A stretch of 64,000 nucleotides of DNA from Octopus bimaculoides (taxonomy: Eukaryota), in NCBI RefSeq assembly GCF_001194135.2, contig NC_068994.1, positions 9,213,715 to 9,277,714 of the forward strand, in the 5' to 3' direction. Numbering within the stretch: the stretch's first letter is position 1; every line of letters begins with the position of its first letter. This document shows, piece by piece, positions 53,350 to 64,000 of this stretch. The position numbers and the translations under genes are program-made. The notes below the pieces were generated by a model. It did not search any database, was not told the origin of the DNA, and worked only from the letters and a program-made list of their open reading frames with translations.

Positions 53350-54313
53350 NNNNNNNNNNNNNNNNNNNNNNNNNNNNNNNNNNNNNNNNNNNNNNNNNNN
53401 NNNNNNNNNNNNNNNNNNNNNNNNNNNNNNNNNNNNNNNNNNNNNNNNNNNNNNNNNNNNNNNNNNNNNNNNNNNNNNNNNNNNNNNNNNNNNNNNNNNN
53501 ATATATATGTGTGTGTGTGTGTGTGTTTGTGTGTGTGTAAATACATAGGAGTATTAAATAGAATAAACTTAATCCATATATTTTGCTGATTATGTTATAT
53601 ACTTCTTTCACGCTGGCAAATGAGAAAAAAAAACTCTGCGCGGATAAATATTATTTACTAATTCTGCTAGGAACCATTTTTCACCTCCGTAAACTGATTC
53701 TGACAAAATACATGAACGATATTCCGATCTACAACCGTTGTAACATGTTTATATATTTGAGGGTGTTATGTGATTGTGCCTTCGTGCTGATAGTTTTATG
53801 CAAGAATGTGTATAAATATGTCCTTTGCCACATTGTAATGTAGAATTTGTGTGTTATTGTCTTTGTTTGAATTCAACGTAGGTGGGTTTGAACATGGAAC
53901 GAAAGTAATGGCAATGAGCTTCATAACTGCGATGACGCTGCAGCGTTTCATATCCAGAACTATTGAATTAAAACTATCATTTTATTTTCAGCTGTTTAGA
54001 AAGTATTTTTCAAAAGCCTTAGCATTTCTTTTCTTTTTTTTTCTTCTCTAATACCAGAAAAATTCAATAATACATCAGAAAAACGAATGAGAAAAAGAAA
54101 TTAAATGACGTAAACACAAAAGATATGATGAAAACATAACAGAGATGATAAATAGGGAAATCCATCGACACTGAGAGTAGTAATCATTCTGTAAACAAAC
54201 TATTAGCAATTTCAATATTTTTTACTGTCAAATACAAACACTCAGCCACAAAAGCAGAAACAGACGCACACGGTAAGGAAACCGCGTATATACATGTGCA
54301 TATACGAGTGTAG

Positions 54314-54355
<42 letters not shown>

Positions 54356-55944
54356 TTATATATGTGTAGATATATGAAGATATATCTCCATATACATATA
54401 AATGTAAACACACATCCTATACATTTATATGTATATGTACATATATGTGTGTGTATATATATATATATATNNNNNNNNNNNNNNNNNNNNNNNNNNNNNN
54501 NNNNNNNNNNNNNNNNNNNNNNNNNNNNNNNNNNNNNNNNNNNNNNNNNNNNNNNNNNNNNNNNNNNNNNNNNNNNNNNNNNNNNNNNNNNNNNNNNNNN
54601 NNNNNNNNNNNNNNNNNNNNNNNNNNNNNNNNNNNNNNNNNNNNNNNNNNNNNNNNNNNNNNNNNNNNNNNNNNNNNNNNNNNNNNNNNNNNNNNNNNNN
54701 NNNNNNNNNNNNNNNNNNNNNNNNNNNNNNNNNNNNNNNNNNNNNNNNNNNNNNNNNNNNNNNNNNNNNNNNNNNNNNNNNNNNNNNNNNNNNNNNNNNN
54801 NNNNNNNNNNNNNNNNNNNNNNNNNNNNNNNNNNNNNNNNNNNNNNNNNNNNNNNNNNNNNNNNNNNNNNNNNNNNNNNNNNNNNNNNNNNNNNNNNNNN
54901 NNNNNNNNNNNNNNNNNNNNNNNNNNNNNNNNNNNNNNNNNNNNNNNNNNNNNNNNNNNNNNNNNNNNNNNNNNNNNNNNNNNNNNNNNNNNNNNNNNNN
55001 NNNNNNNNNNNNNNNNNNNNNNNNNNNNNNNNNNNNNNNNNNNNNNNNNNNNNNNNNNNNNNNNNNNNNNNNNNNNNNNNNNNNNNNNNNNNNNNNNNNN
55101 NNNNNNNNNNNNNNNNNNNNNNNNNNNNNNNNNNNNNNNNNNNNNNNNNNNNNNNNNNNNNNNNNNNNNNNNNNNNATATATATATATTTAAAATAACTG
55201 TATGTGTGCCTCTGTATATAGGCGTATATGTGTTTGGTTGATTTTATGTATATATATGTTTATATAAGCGGATATATATGAATAGATAGTTGTATATATT
55301 TATTTCTTCCGTTGCAATATAGAAGTTCAAATACATTTCGTATCTCTAATATTGACAATAATAATAGGTATTTTAATGATAATAGTAAAACAGCATAACA
55401 AAAATACGAATAACAATATCATGTTAATGATGATGATGATGAGGACGTGGAGAAGGAGGAGGGGGATCAAGATGATGATGATGATGAATATCCTGATGAT
55501 TGTTATAGCATGAACAATAATATCGATAGTAATGATGGTGTTGCTGATAATTATTCTTTTTTACAAAAAGAAAATGATAATAATCGCTACAAAATTAAGA
55601 CAACTAAAATATCATACCGTCTATAATAACATGTGAGAAAACAGTCTTATCTCTTCAATCTCTACATCACTTGAAACAATAGTGTCCTTATCCGCGAACA
55701 AATGTAGCCAAGTCTATGGTACACAAGAAGAATGTCATTTATTATAATTTATAGAATTACCTGTGACCCCTGATAGATGATGCCATGCATTTTCCTCCAA
55801 ATATATTAGCGTCAACAAATTGTTTTTTAAATATTTTATAACTATGGAGTTTATGAATGTTTTATATTTTTGTAATTGTTGTTTGTGTTTTAGTTCATAT
55901 TCTTCTCATTGCTGTTGAATGTATCTTTTTGCAAAAGCTACCTT

Positions 55945-56305
55945 TACATCGATCCCATTGCTCAGCCGATCTACAAAAGAAGAAAGGCAAAGTCAACCAT
56001 TGTGGAATTTGAACTCAGAACATTGACGGACGGAATACCGCCAAGTGTTTTCCCGGCGTGCTAGCCAGTCTGCCAGCTCACCGCCCTTGTATTGGCAGAT
56101 TTATCGGTTTCAAATTTTGGCACAAGGCCAGCGATTTCGAGTAAGGAGAAATTCGAATACTTGGACTACAATGCTTCATGTTATCAACCCCCAAATGACG
56201 TAAGGCAAAGTCGACCTGGGTGGAATTTAAAATCAGAACTTCGAGGGACGAAATACCGCTAAGTATTTTGTCCTGCATGCAAACGATTCTGGCAGGTCAC
56301 TACCT
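55945..56305 (-). mobile_element. Two adjacent family B SINEs
   Basis: aaggcaaagtcaacc...tgccagctcaccgcc (to 56086) and ttttggcacaaggcc...aaggcaaagtcgacc...aacgattctggcagg (56105-56305). Confidence 0.85.
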
Positions 56306-56539
56306 TTATATTGACAGATATGATCAAAAATTTAATGCAATAATTTCATTATCATTTCAGTAATGAATCCCTTCTCACCCTTTCAAATTCCAGCTAAACA
56401 AATGTATTTTAATAACATAATTACATATCACATTTTTCAGTTTTGTCCTTCTCTCACTCCGTTGCACAAGCGTAACACGAACGGAGATACTTCCAAACAA
56501 GCACACACACACACACACACACACATCTACATTCACACA

Positions 56540-57002
56540 CAAAAGAACGAAGTTCAAGGAAACTTGGAACAGCTTGCTAACACAAATGCTGTCGATCAAA
56601 GACTACATACACCAGCTGGTAGAAGATTTCAGTGGTCATTGAGAGCGAAGGCACAAGATTTTCCTGTCTCCCTCTCGACAGATTTACAGAGCACAGACTC
56701 CCTACACTGATATGTCCTCTGAATTGTCCTATAGAGATCCTTGAGGATAGCATTTGCTGGTCAATGTTGGACACTATTTGATAGAAACCACAATCTCAGC
56801 CTGGTCCCAAACATCCACTACATCCACCTTGAACAGGAAAGTGTACTATCCTCCAACCAGCCCATCTACAGTCTCCTAGTAGCGACTCATAAATCTAGTC
56901 CTTCCTAACATGGGCTGCATCAAAATTGAATTCCTGTGGAACAGTTAGTTTAACAAGACGTATTATCATAGGTTCCTCATAATACATTGTCATATCCGAC
57001 TT
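56540..57002 (-). mobile_element. Relic of a restriction-like-endonuclease non-LTR retrotransposon (HERO/NeSL-like) 3' end
   Basis: Minus frame KSDMTMYYEEPMIIRLVKLTVPQEFNFDAAHVRKD*IYESLLGDCRWAGWRIVHFPVQGGCSGCL resembles the RPD...ELTVPWE...AHERK..KY..L...C...GW....P.EVGCRGF endonuclease pattern. After a frameshift: WFLS..ANAILKDL. Confidence 0.75.
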
Positions 57003-58106
57003 TTATTTCAACTAAAATTTTGACGTCTACAACTGATTTGTATTAAATTACTTAGAACGCAGCTATTACAATTCGATATAAAACTTAAAATAATAGCTGC
57101 ATAAATTTCGAACATCAAAACGGAATGACGTAGACTACACGTAACAATGGATGACACGACTAATTCATATTCATTACACATTCACCTGCCGTTTCAACAA
57201 GAAGCACTATAAACTTAGTGTAAACCAAGTAACTATGGCAAAGTGCAAGTGACACGAATGTAGCTATAATTTCTAAAGCGTTAACCCAAGATATCAATAG
57301 TTTCATGACAGAAAGTTATTAGCACGCAATTAAATACTTAGCATTTTAAATCTGAAGCATTTAAAATATAGGATTCGTAAAATCTCAAAGCATATACGTA
57401 TATATGTATGCGTATAACTAATTGTTAACGCACACGGTCATACAAAGGCCCGCGCAGACACGCACAGACACATAAACGCGCGCGCACTCACAAAAGCACA
57501 CACACTCTCGCGCATACACATATATATATGTTAGTTATAAGTAGCTGTTAGATTTTTGGCTGATTTGAAATCAGGCGTCTATTTGGCGCTAAATTTCGAA
57601 ACCGGTACCAACTTGACCAGCATTGCTTGTTCTGACCGAGCAAAGGTAAAACATTATTGTTCACTGACATTTGTAGATTTTGACTATTCAGTGGCACGGA
57701 AGTATCTTTTGAGCTCTATTTATAGCGATGTAGGTGCTCATTTAGTGCCCTTATGTATATATGTACATATCTAATATTAATTAATATTTTATTCATTTGC
57801 TTGTACGGCTGATAATTCGCTTGCCACTCGTGACGATATTTTATATCCCTCGTGGTATTTTATATGTTAATCTTGGCTTTTCCGCTGATGATAGCTAACC
57901 TTGCAAAACATTTTATTTTGCTAAAACAAAGCTTGAAATCATGGTCCGAAAATGGATGATAAATGTTTTTATTTTTCATTCCCTTTCGAAATATCCCTAG
58001 TTGAGTTTTGGAGTTTTGACTAAGCCTTCTAGTGGGTTAGATGTTCTATTATAGACATATCTCTGATGTGTTTAAATGTACACTGTATATATATATATAT
58101 ATATAT

Positions 58107-59070
58107 NNNNNNNNNNNNNNNNNNNNNNNNNNNNNNNNNNNNNNNNNNNNNNNNNNNNNNNNNNNNNNNNNNNNNNNNNNNNNNNNNNNNNNNNNNNNNN
58201 NNNNNNNNNNNNNNNNNNNNNNNNNNNNNNNNNNNNNNNNNNNNNNNNNNNNNNNNNNNNNNNNNNNNNNNNNNNNNNNNNNNNNNNNNNNNNNNNNNNN
58301 NNNNNNNNNNNNNNNNNNNNNNNNNNNNNNNNNNNNNNNNNNNNNNNNNNNNNNNNNNNNNNNNNNNNNNNNNNNNNNNNNNNNNNNNNNNNNNNNNNNN
58401 NNNNNNNNNNNNNNNNNNNNNNNNNNNNNNNNNNNNNNNNNNNNNNNNNNNNNNNNNNNNNNNNNNNNNNNNNNNNNNNNNNNNNNNNNNNNNNNNNNNN
58501 NNNNNNNNNNNNNNNNNNNNNNNNNNNNNNNNNNNNNNNNNNNNNNNNNNNNNNNNNNNNNNNNNNNNNNNNNNNNNNNNNNNNNNNNNNNNNNNNNNNN
58601 NNNNNNNNNNNNNNNNNNNNNNNNNNNNNNNNNNNNNNNNNNNNNNNNNNNNNNNNNNNNNNNNNNNNNNNNNNNNNNNNNNNNNNNNNNNNNNNNNNNN
58701 NNNNNNNNNNNNNNNNNNNNNNNNNNNNNNNNNNNNNNNNNNNNNNNNNNNNNNNNNNNNNNNNNNNNNNNNNNNNNNNNNNNNNNNNNNNNNNNNNNNN
58801 NNNNNNNNNNNNNNNNNNNNNNNNNNNNNNNNNNNNNNNNNNNNNNNNNNNNNNNNNNNNNNNNNNNNNNNNNNNNNNNNNNNNNNNNNNNNNNNNNNNN
58901 NNNNNNNNNNNNNNNNNNNNNNNNNNNNNNNNNNNNNNNNNNNNNNNNNNNNNNNNNNNNNNNNNNNNNNNNNNNNNNNNNNNNNNNNNNNNNNNNNNNN
59001 NNNNNNNNNNNNNNNNNNNNNNNNNNNNNNNNNNNNNNNNNNNNNNNNNNNNNNNNNNNNNNNNNNNNNN
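58107..59070. other. Largest assembly gap (N-run); other large gaps near 714, 2221, 5453, 13204, 14231, 25725, 30212, 38847, 40676, 46541, 48937, 53350, 54471 and 63412
   Basis: Runs of n, mostly flanked by (TA)n/(CA)n microsatellites, indicating assembly breaks at simple repeats. Confidence 0.98.
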
Positions 59071-59410
59071 NACCGCTTCCTGTCGGCCTTGACACATTTC
59101 CTGTGTCCTTATGTTTACAAGGGGGAGAGAAGCACCTCCACCCAGCTAAGCCTGCATCCAGAGACATGTTTCTGAGTCTTTGCTCATCATCAGTCTGGAG
59201 TAGCATGACTTGCTAGTCGAAGATGCCTGTCGAGCTCTTGTAAACATATAATAATTCTAGTGAAATACATTCACTGATTTCAAATTTAGAAATAATACAT
59301 TTCTAAATCTCTCAGAGAGATTTATGCAGTAGTGATACGATGAAGTAGTTGTATGCTGTCAACTTAATGTGACAGTCCCCTGAAGGGAATAATACTGTTG
59401 TTGGTTAGAC

Positions 59411-59668
59411 CTAGGATGAAACACTGTTAAGCATTTTGTCCAGTGTGCTAATGATTCTGCCAGCTCTCCTTTCAATTATGGGCACATGGTCTGAAATATT
59501 GTGGGAGGGGACAATTCGGTAACATTGACTCCACTATTCAACTGGTACGAAGTTTATTGATAACAAAAGGATAAAAGGCTAAGTAGACGTTGGTGGAATT
59601 TGAACTCGGAACATGAAGAAGAATGAAATACTGTTGAGCATTTTGTCCAGCATGTTAAAAATTCTGCC
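59411..59668 (-). mobile_element. Two family B SINE fragments with near-complete CpG decay
   Basis: aagcattttgtccagtgtgctaatgattctgccagc and gttggtggaatttgaactcggaacatgaag...actgttgagcattttgtccagcatg, compared with CpG-rich copies elsewhere in the window. Confidence 0.85.
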
Positions 59669-60694
59669 ACAGACTACATATAAAAACAGATGGACTCTGG
59701 ACATAGGTGCAGTGAGTCACAAGGGTGAGGGACACATCAATCTGTCACACTATCACATTGGTAGTCACTGATGCATAACATCAAGGGCGTCAGTGGGGTA
59801 GGGAAAGTTTTGTTGTAATGACTGCACCGGTTATCTTGGATTACATTATTTTTATGTGTTTTTTGTCTTCACTTTTCATGGTGTTTTGTAACTGGTTGCC
59901 TAATGCATCTACACCCTTTCTTTATGGTATATATGAGATAGATGTGTGTGTGTGTATGTGTGTGTGTGTGTGTGTGTATGTGTGCTGTACAACTGTCAGT
60001 GAGTCTTAGAGAATGGTTGTTTATTTATCTCTAGGAAGAATGGAAAGGTAACGTGGGTGTGAATATACAATCTAATGTACTCTGCACTATAATCACATTT
60101 CGTTTAAAATCTTGCATATATATTAATGTTTACACTAATTCATACCTACAAATTGGTTGAACAATGCTAGAATAATAACGAATTTTATTCACTGTGTAAT
60201 TGCCTAAAATTGTTTATGCATATAATTACATGGACGATGGCACAAAAAAAAAAAAATCAATCGATCAAGTACATGTATATTATCAGTTTGTTTGCTGGTA
60301 TCTGCGTTTCTGTTTCTTTATAAACCACTGTTCTCTCACTTGTTCACACAGATACAGAGATACAGAGTCAGGCACACATGCGCAAAGACGCACCGCATAC
60401 ACACACACACATACACACAGTCACATATGTGTAAATATATACACATATTGGAAATAATTTATATATGCATATGTCTGATATACGCACGTATATTTCAAGG
60501 AATATGTGCCTACATAATGTTCTCTAAAATCCTTCATGATACATGTGAACATGTGGTATAGCTGGCGTTTTCTTAGACCTCATGTTCGGCATTTAAGTGT
60601 ATGTGTAATGCAGTGTTTGTGCAATGAAAGGGAAAATGAACAAACACCACTTTGATTTATTACATCTTGAATGTAAGTTCAACTAAATACATTC

Positions 60695-60952
60695 AAGTAA
60701 TGCCATTTTGTTTAGGACAGGTATAATTACCACACAGGGACATGTATCATACTTCAAAAGGAAGTGGTCTTGTGTGGATCACATCCCTTTTACTCAACAT
60801 AGTCACCGTTTTCTCAATAGCAATGTTCCACCGTCGAATGAGAACATGAATCCCTGCCCCGTAACATTTTGTTGACTCTTCTTTGAGCCACTTCTTCACA
60901 ACAATTTTCACTTCCTCGTCACTGGAATAAGTTTGCCTCTCAAACTCTCTTT
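60695..60952 (-). mobile_element. Mariner (DD34D-type) transposase C-terminal relic with 3' flank
   Basis: Minus strand across two frameshifts: PSTSDYHLFGLRKESLRGK-YSSDEEVKIVVKKWLKEESTKCYGAGIHVLIRRWNIAIEK-GDYVE*, matching the mariner (AP)SDYHLF...RW.......GDYVE end. Confidence 0.88.
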
Positions 60953-60989
60953 TCTGAGGCCGAAGAGATGATAGTCTGACGTGGAAGGG

Positions 60990-61065
60990 AAACCTGTAAA
61001 TAAAGACTCACAACGCCCGGTTTGGGATTCGAAACCGCGATCCTACCACCACTAGGCCATTGCCC

Positions 61066-61068
<3 letters not shown>
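60990..61068 (-). mobile_element. SINE family D 5' fragment
   Basis: Reverse complement gaggggcaatggcctagtggtggtaggatcgcggtttcgaatcccaaaccgggcgttgtgag matches the 25420 head with a deletion. Confidence 0.8.
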
Positions 61069-61107
<39 letters not shown>

Positions 61108-62284
61108 TGTATGCATATTAACAATCACTCATATACACATATAGTGAACCACATTCGCAAACCCACATACACACTCACACACATAAACACAGAGTCGACG
61201 TAATACATTAACTGTGTATGTACCTTTGGTCCTTGTTTTTGTTGTTATATCTATCTTCACATTCGGTTTCCTTATATATATATATATATATATATACAGA
61301 CATGCACTCACACAGCTCGCGCACACACAGGCACACACACACAAGCACACACACACAAACACACACACACATATATATCACATTCATTATTTTCTCTTTG
61401 ATCCTTATATCGTATTCACTATTTCATCCAAAATGTATTTCTTATATTTTCTTTCACTTTCATACTGGACTAACTGCATTTAGACAACCCCTCTATTTTC
61501 TAACAGGATATAAATATGTATATATTGAAAGCACTGCAAAAGTTTACGATGTCGAGGAGTATTCGAACAGGTGATATATATAGTTTTTTAACGACTATTT
61601 TTCCCCTATGGCATTTTCGCGATGGCATGAACCGAAATAGATACGGCAACTATTTTAACAGATACAGTGATTATGTGAAATGTTTCTGATACCTTCTTGT
61701 ATTTGTACTTAAGGCGGAATTTGATGCATCTCGATTTATCTACCTCACCACAGCAGCAGTGAAAAGATCAAGTCTTTGATATTATATTTTACGATCTTCT
61801 CAAGTGTACGCTTTAGTTATATTGCTAGAGCTTCTTTGATTTTTTATATTGCTAGTTAGGTTTTAAGTAACAAAATACATCATAAATGTTCCTTTCAATC
61901 TGCTTTCGGTAATATTCTAATCTACCTACATCTGTGGCTCATAATATGCGTAACAAATGAAGGATTTGCACAGAAAATTACTTGCATGTATAAACACTTC
62001 TTAACAGTGAGGCATGTTTCCTTCATTTCTTCAAACAGCTATACGATTAAACTTCAGCTATGCACTACAGGCAAATTAAGTTCTATTTACTGATATGAAA
62101 ATAAAAAAAAAAACAAACAAAAAAAAATTCTGACTTAGAAGTTTCAATAGGAAATTACGTTTTGTTTGATTTTACATGGATATATTACAAATTCAAAGTT
62201 ATAATTGATATTTACCGAATCTGCTAACTGCACAAAATCTGAGTTATACTCCTGTTGTTGTTTGTGAAAGCTTTTGAACTTGTG

Positions 62285-62400
62285 ATTAAGATCGTATGAT
62301 CGTGGTTTCGATTCCTGCTCGATCGATGCTACGTATTCTTTTATCATAACATTTCAGGTCACGTTCTTCTATCCCCTACAGATAAGAATGAGTGCCAGTA
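62285..62400 (+). mobile_element. Degenerate SINE family D-like fragment
   Basis: gatcgtatgatcgtggtttcgattcctg (B-box region). Confidence 0.5.
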
Positions 62401-63364
62401 ACAGCTGGAGTCTTTTCTTATGAGAAACGCAGCAATGAAGCAGTCGAAAGCATTGCGCTCTCCGTTATACACCACGAAGTGCCGATCTAATGAACCATTT
62501 GGCTTGTAAATTCTATAGTCGTAACAGCGGTTGCTTATCCTCACAGGTTAACATCGATCAACAATAATCCAACATATGACTGTTCTCTTTTTGTACATAT
62601 CAGGGGTTACATTTTTCGATATTTTCTTCTGTTGCTCAGACAGTTTCCATTTATATGATGAGCGTCATTATTTTGTTGATATACTAAATATTTTATTTGC
62701 GAAATATAGTTCCGCTTTATAACTGTGGTAGTCAATTTCTTTTGGTATACCAAATGTATTGAATGCTGATTTATACCGTTTTAAAAGTCAAGACAATGCT
62801 GGTTGCAAAAATAAAGTATTATCTTTCCGATATTTCTAAAATAGACACTGTCCAGGAAGAGATAAACAGAAAATCGTAAGTCAGGAAAGTTAAAAAAAGA
62901 AATAATGGAATTTGAAAATAAAATCTCATAAAGTACATAGACACACGAACGTGTGAACAACCGAAATCGACCTCGAGAAAGAAAAGAGTTCTTCTCTCCA
63001 TGTGACCATGTGTCTCGTAGAGATAAAGACAAACATACAAGCCTATCACTCTTTATCTCACCTTTTAGATCCGGTGTCAAAAGTTATCGTTACATCTCCA
63101 GAGACCAATGAAATTTTATGATTTCTGGTATGAGATATCATCTCATGTCTTTAAATTATATTCACTCTCTCTGTCTCACTCGCTCTGTCTCTGTCTCTCT
63201 CTGTATGTCTGTATGTCTGTATGTCTGTCTGTCTGTCTGTCTGTCTCTCTGTGCTGATAATTTGTCCATGTATATATATATGAGGAGATATTGAGCATGA
63301 GAGGTGAGAAAGAGATAAAAATATATTTCTAAAAATGTATTGATTCAGTTGGAGTGTATATATA

Positions 63365-63402
<38 letters not shown>

Positions 63403-64000
63403 CTATATATANNNNNNNNNNNNNNNNNNNNNNNNNNNNNNNNNNNNNNNNNNNNNNNNNNNNNNNNNNNNNNNNNNNNNNNNNNNNNNNNNNNNNNNNN
63501 NNNNNNNNNNNNNNNNNNNNNNNNNNNNNNNNNNNNNNNNNNNNNNNNNNNNNNNNNNNNNNNNNNNNNNNNNNNNNNNTATATATATATATATTGTTCT
63601 TGTTCTTTAATGCTCTCTGAACTGTGTGTTTAATAAATTATATTATGAAAACAACTTTGCTACTTGACACAATCGAGATGGGGGGCGTAAAATGCAGGCA
63701 AAAAATAAAACTTCAGTTCAAAAAAAGATATGAAATCACACATCAGAAATATGCAATACCATTTGTTTACTGAAATGTAAAAAGTATTCATGATAATGCT
63801 TCAAAAGTAAGTTTACGTTTGGTAGCGTACTTATTTTACTATCATGATACGCCAAGGGACTTAGGTGAAAGGTACCCTACCAAGAAAAGTTCATTTTCAA
63901 TAGAGAATTATTTACATATTCCAATCGCTACACAAAGTTGCCCACCTTATCCCTATATCAGAAATGGGGCGAGTTTAAGAACTAAATACCCGAAGAAAAA

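Noticed and set aside
55425-55550. Acidic D/E-rich reading; similarly the hydrophobic ORF at 9086-9358
   Set aside because: These are degenerate (GAT)/(ATC)-type trinucleotide drift sequences.
601-63633. Long ORFs made of X residues
   Set aside because: They span N-gaps, so the lack of stops is an artefact.
1-64000. CRISPR arrays, operons, prophage or other prokaryotic systems
   Set aside because: There is no repeat-spacer array and no dense intronless gene content; the sequence is animal genomic DNA.

Overview
This is AT-rich eukaryotic, mostly non-coding DNA, not a prokaryotic window: no operons, CRISPR arrays, rRNA or true tRNA genes were found. The SINE families, dense di/tri/tetranucleotide microsatellites and many short N-gaps flanked by (TA)n point to a fragmented octopus (Octopus-like coleoid cephalopod) assembly; this is my recognition, not a database match. 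Most listed ORFs are artefacts of N-runs or microsatellites. Supportable content: (1) more than 25 copies of about four tRNA-derived SINE families; (2) decayed transposons: a maT/DD37D-like Tc1/mariner (2.9-3.7 kb), a mariner C-terminus (60.7-60.95 kb), a CR1/L2-type LINE 3' end (47.9-48.2 kb) and a HERO/NeSL-type restriction-like-endonuclease LINE relic (56.5-57.0 kb); (3) an internally deleted Helitron (30.55-31.4 kb) keeping seven in-register 23-aa STPR repeats, the last helicase residues and a canonical hairpin+CTRR end; (4) three copies of a ~550-bp unclassified (AAT)n-tailed repeat; (5) a few unconfirmed host-exon candidates: a class A GPCR TM7/helix-8 segment at 7.9-8.1 kb (-) and exon-like frames at 21.6 and 45.8 kb (+). 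A ~0.9-kb CpG-depleted patch at 59.1-60.0 kb stands out. No complete gene can be demonstrated from sequence alone.
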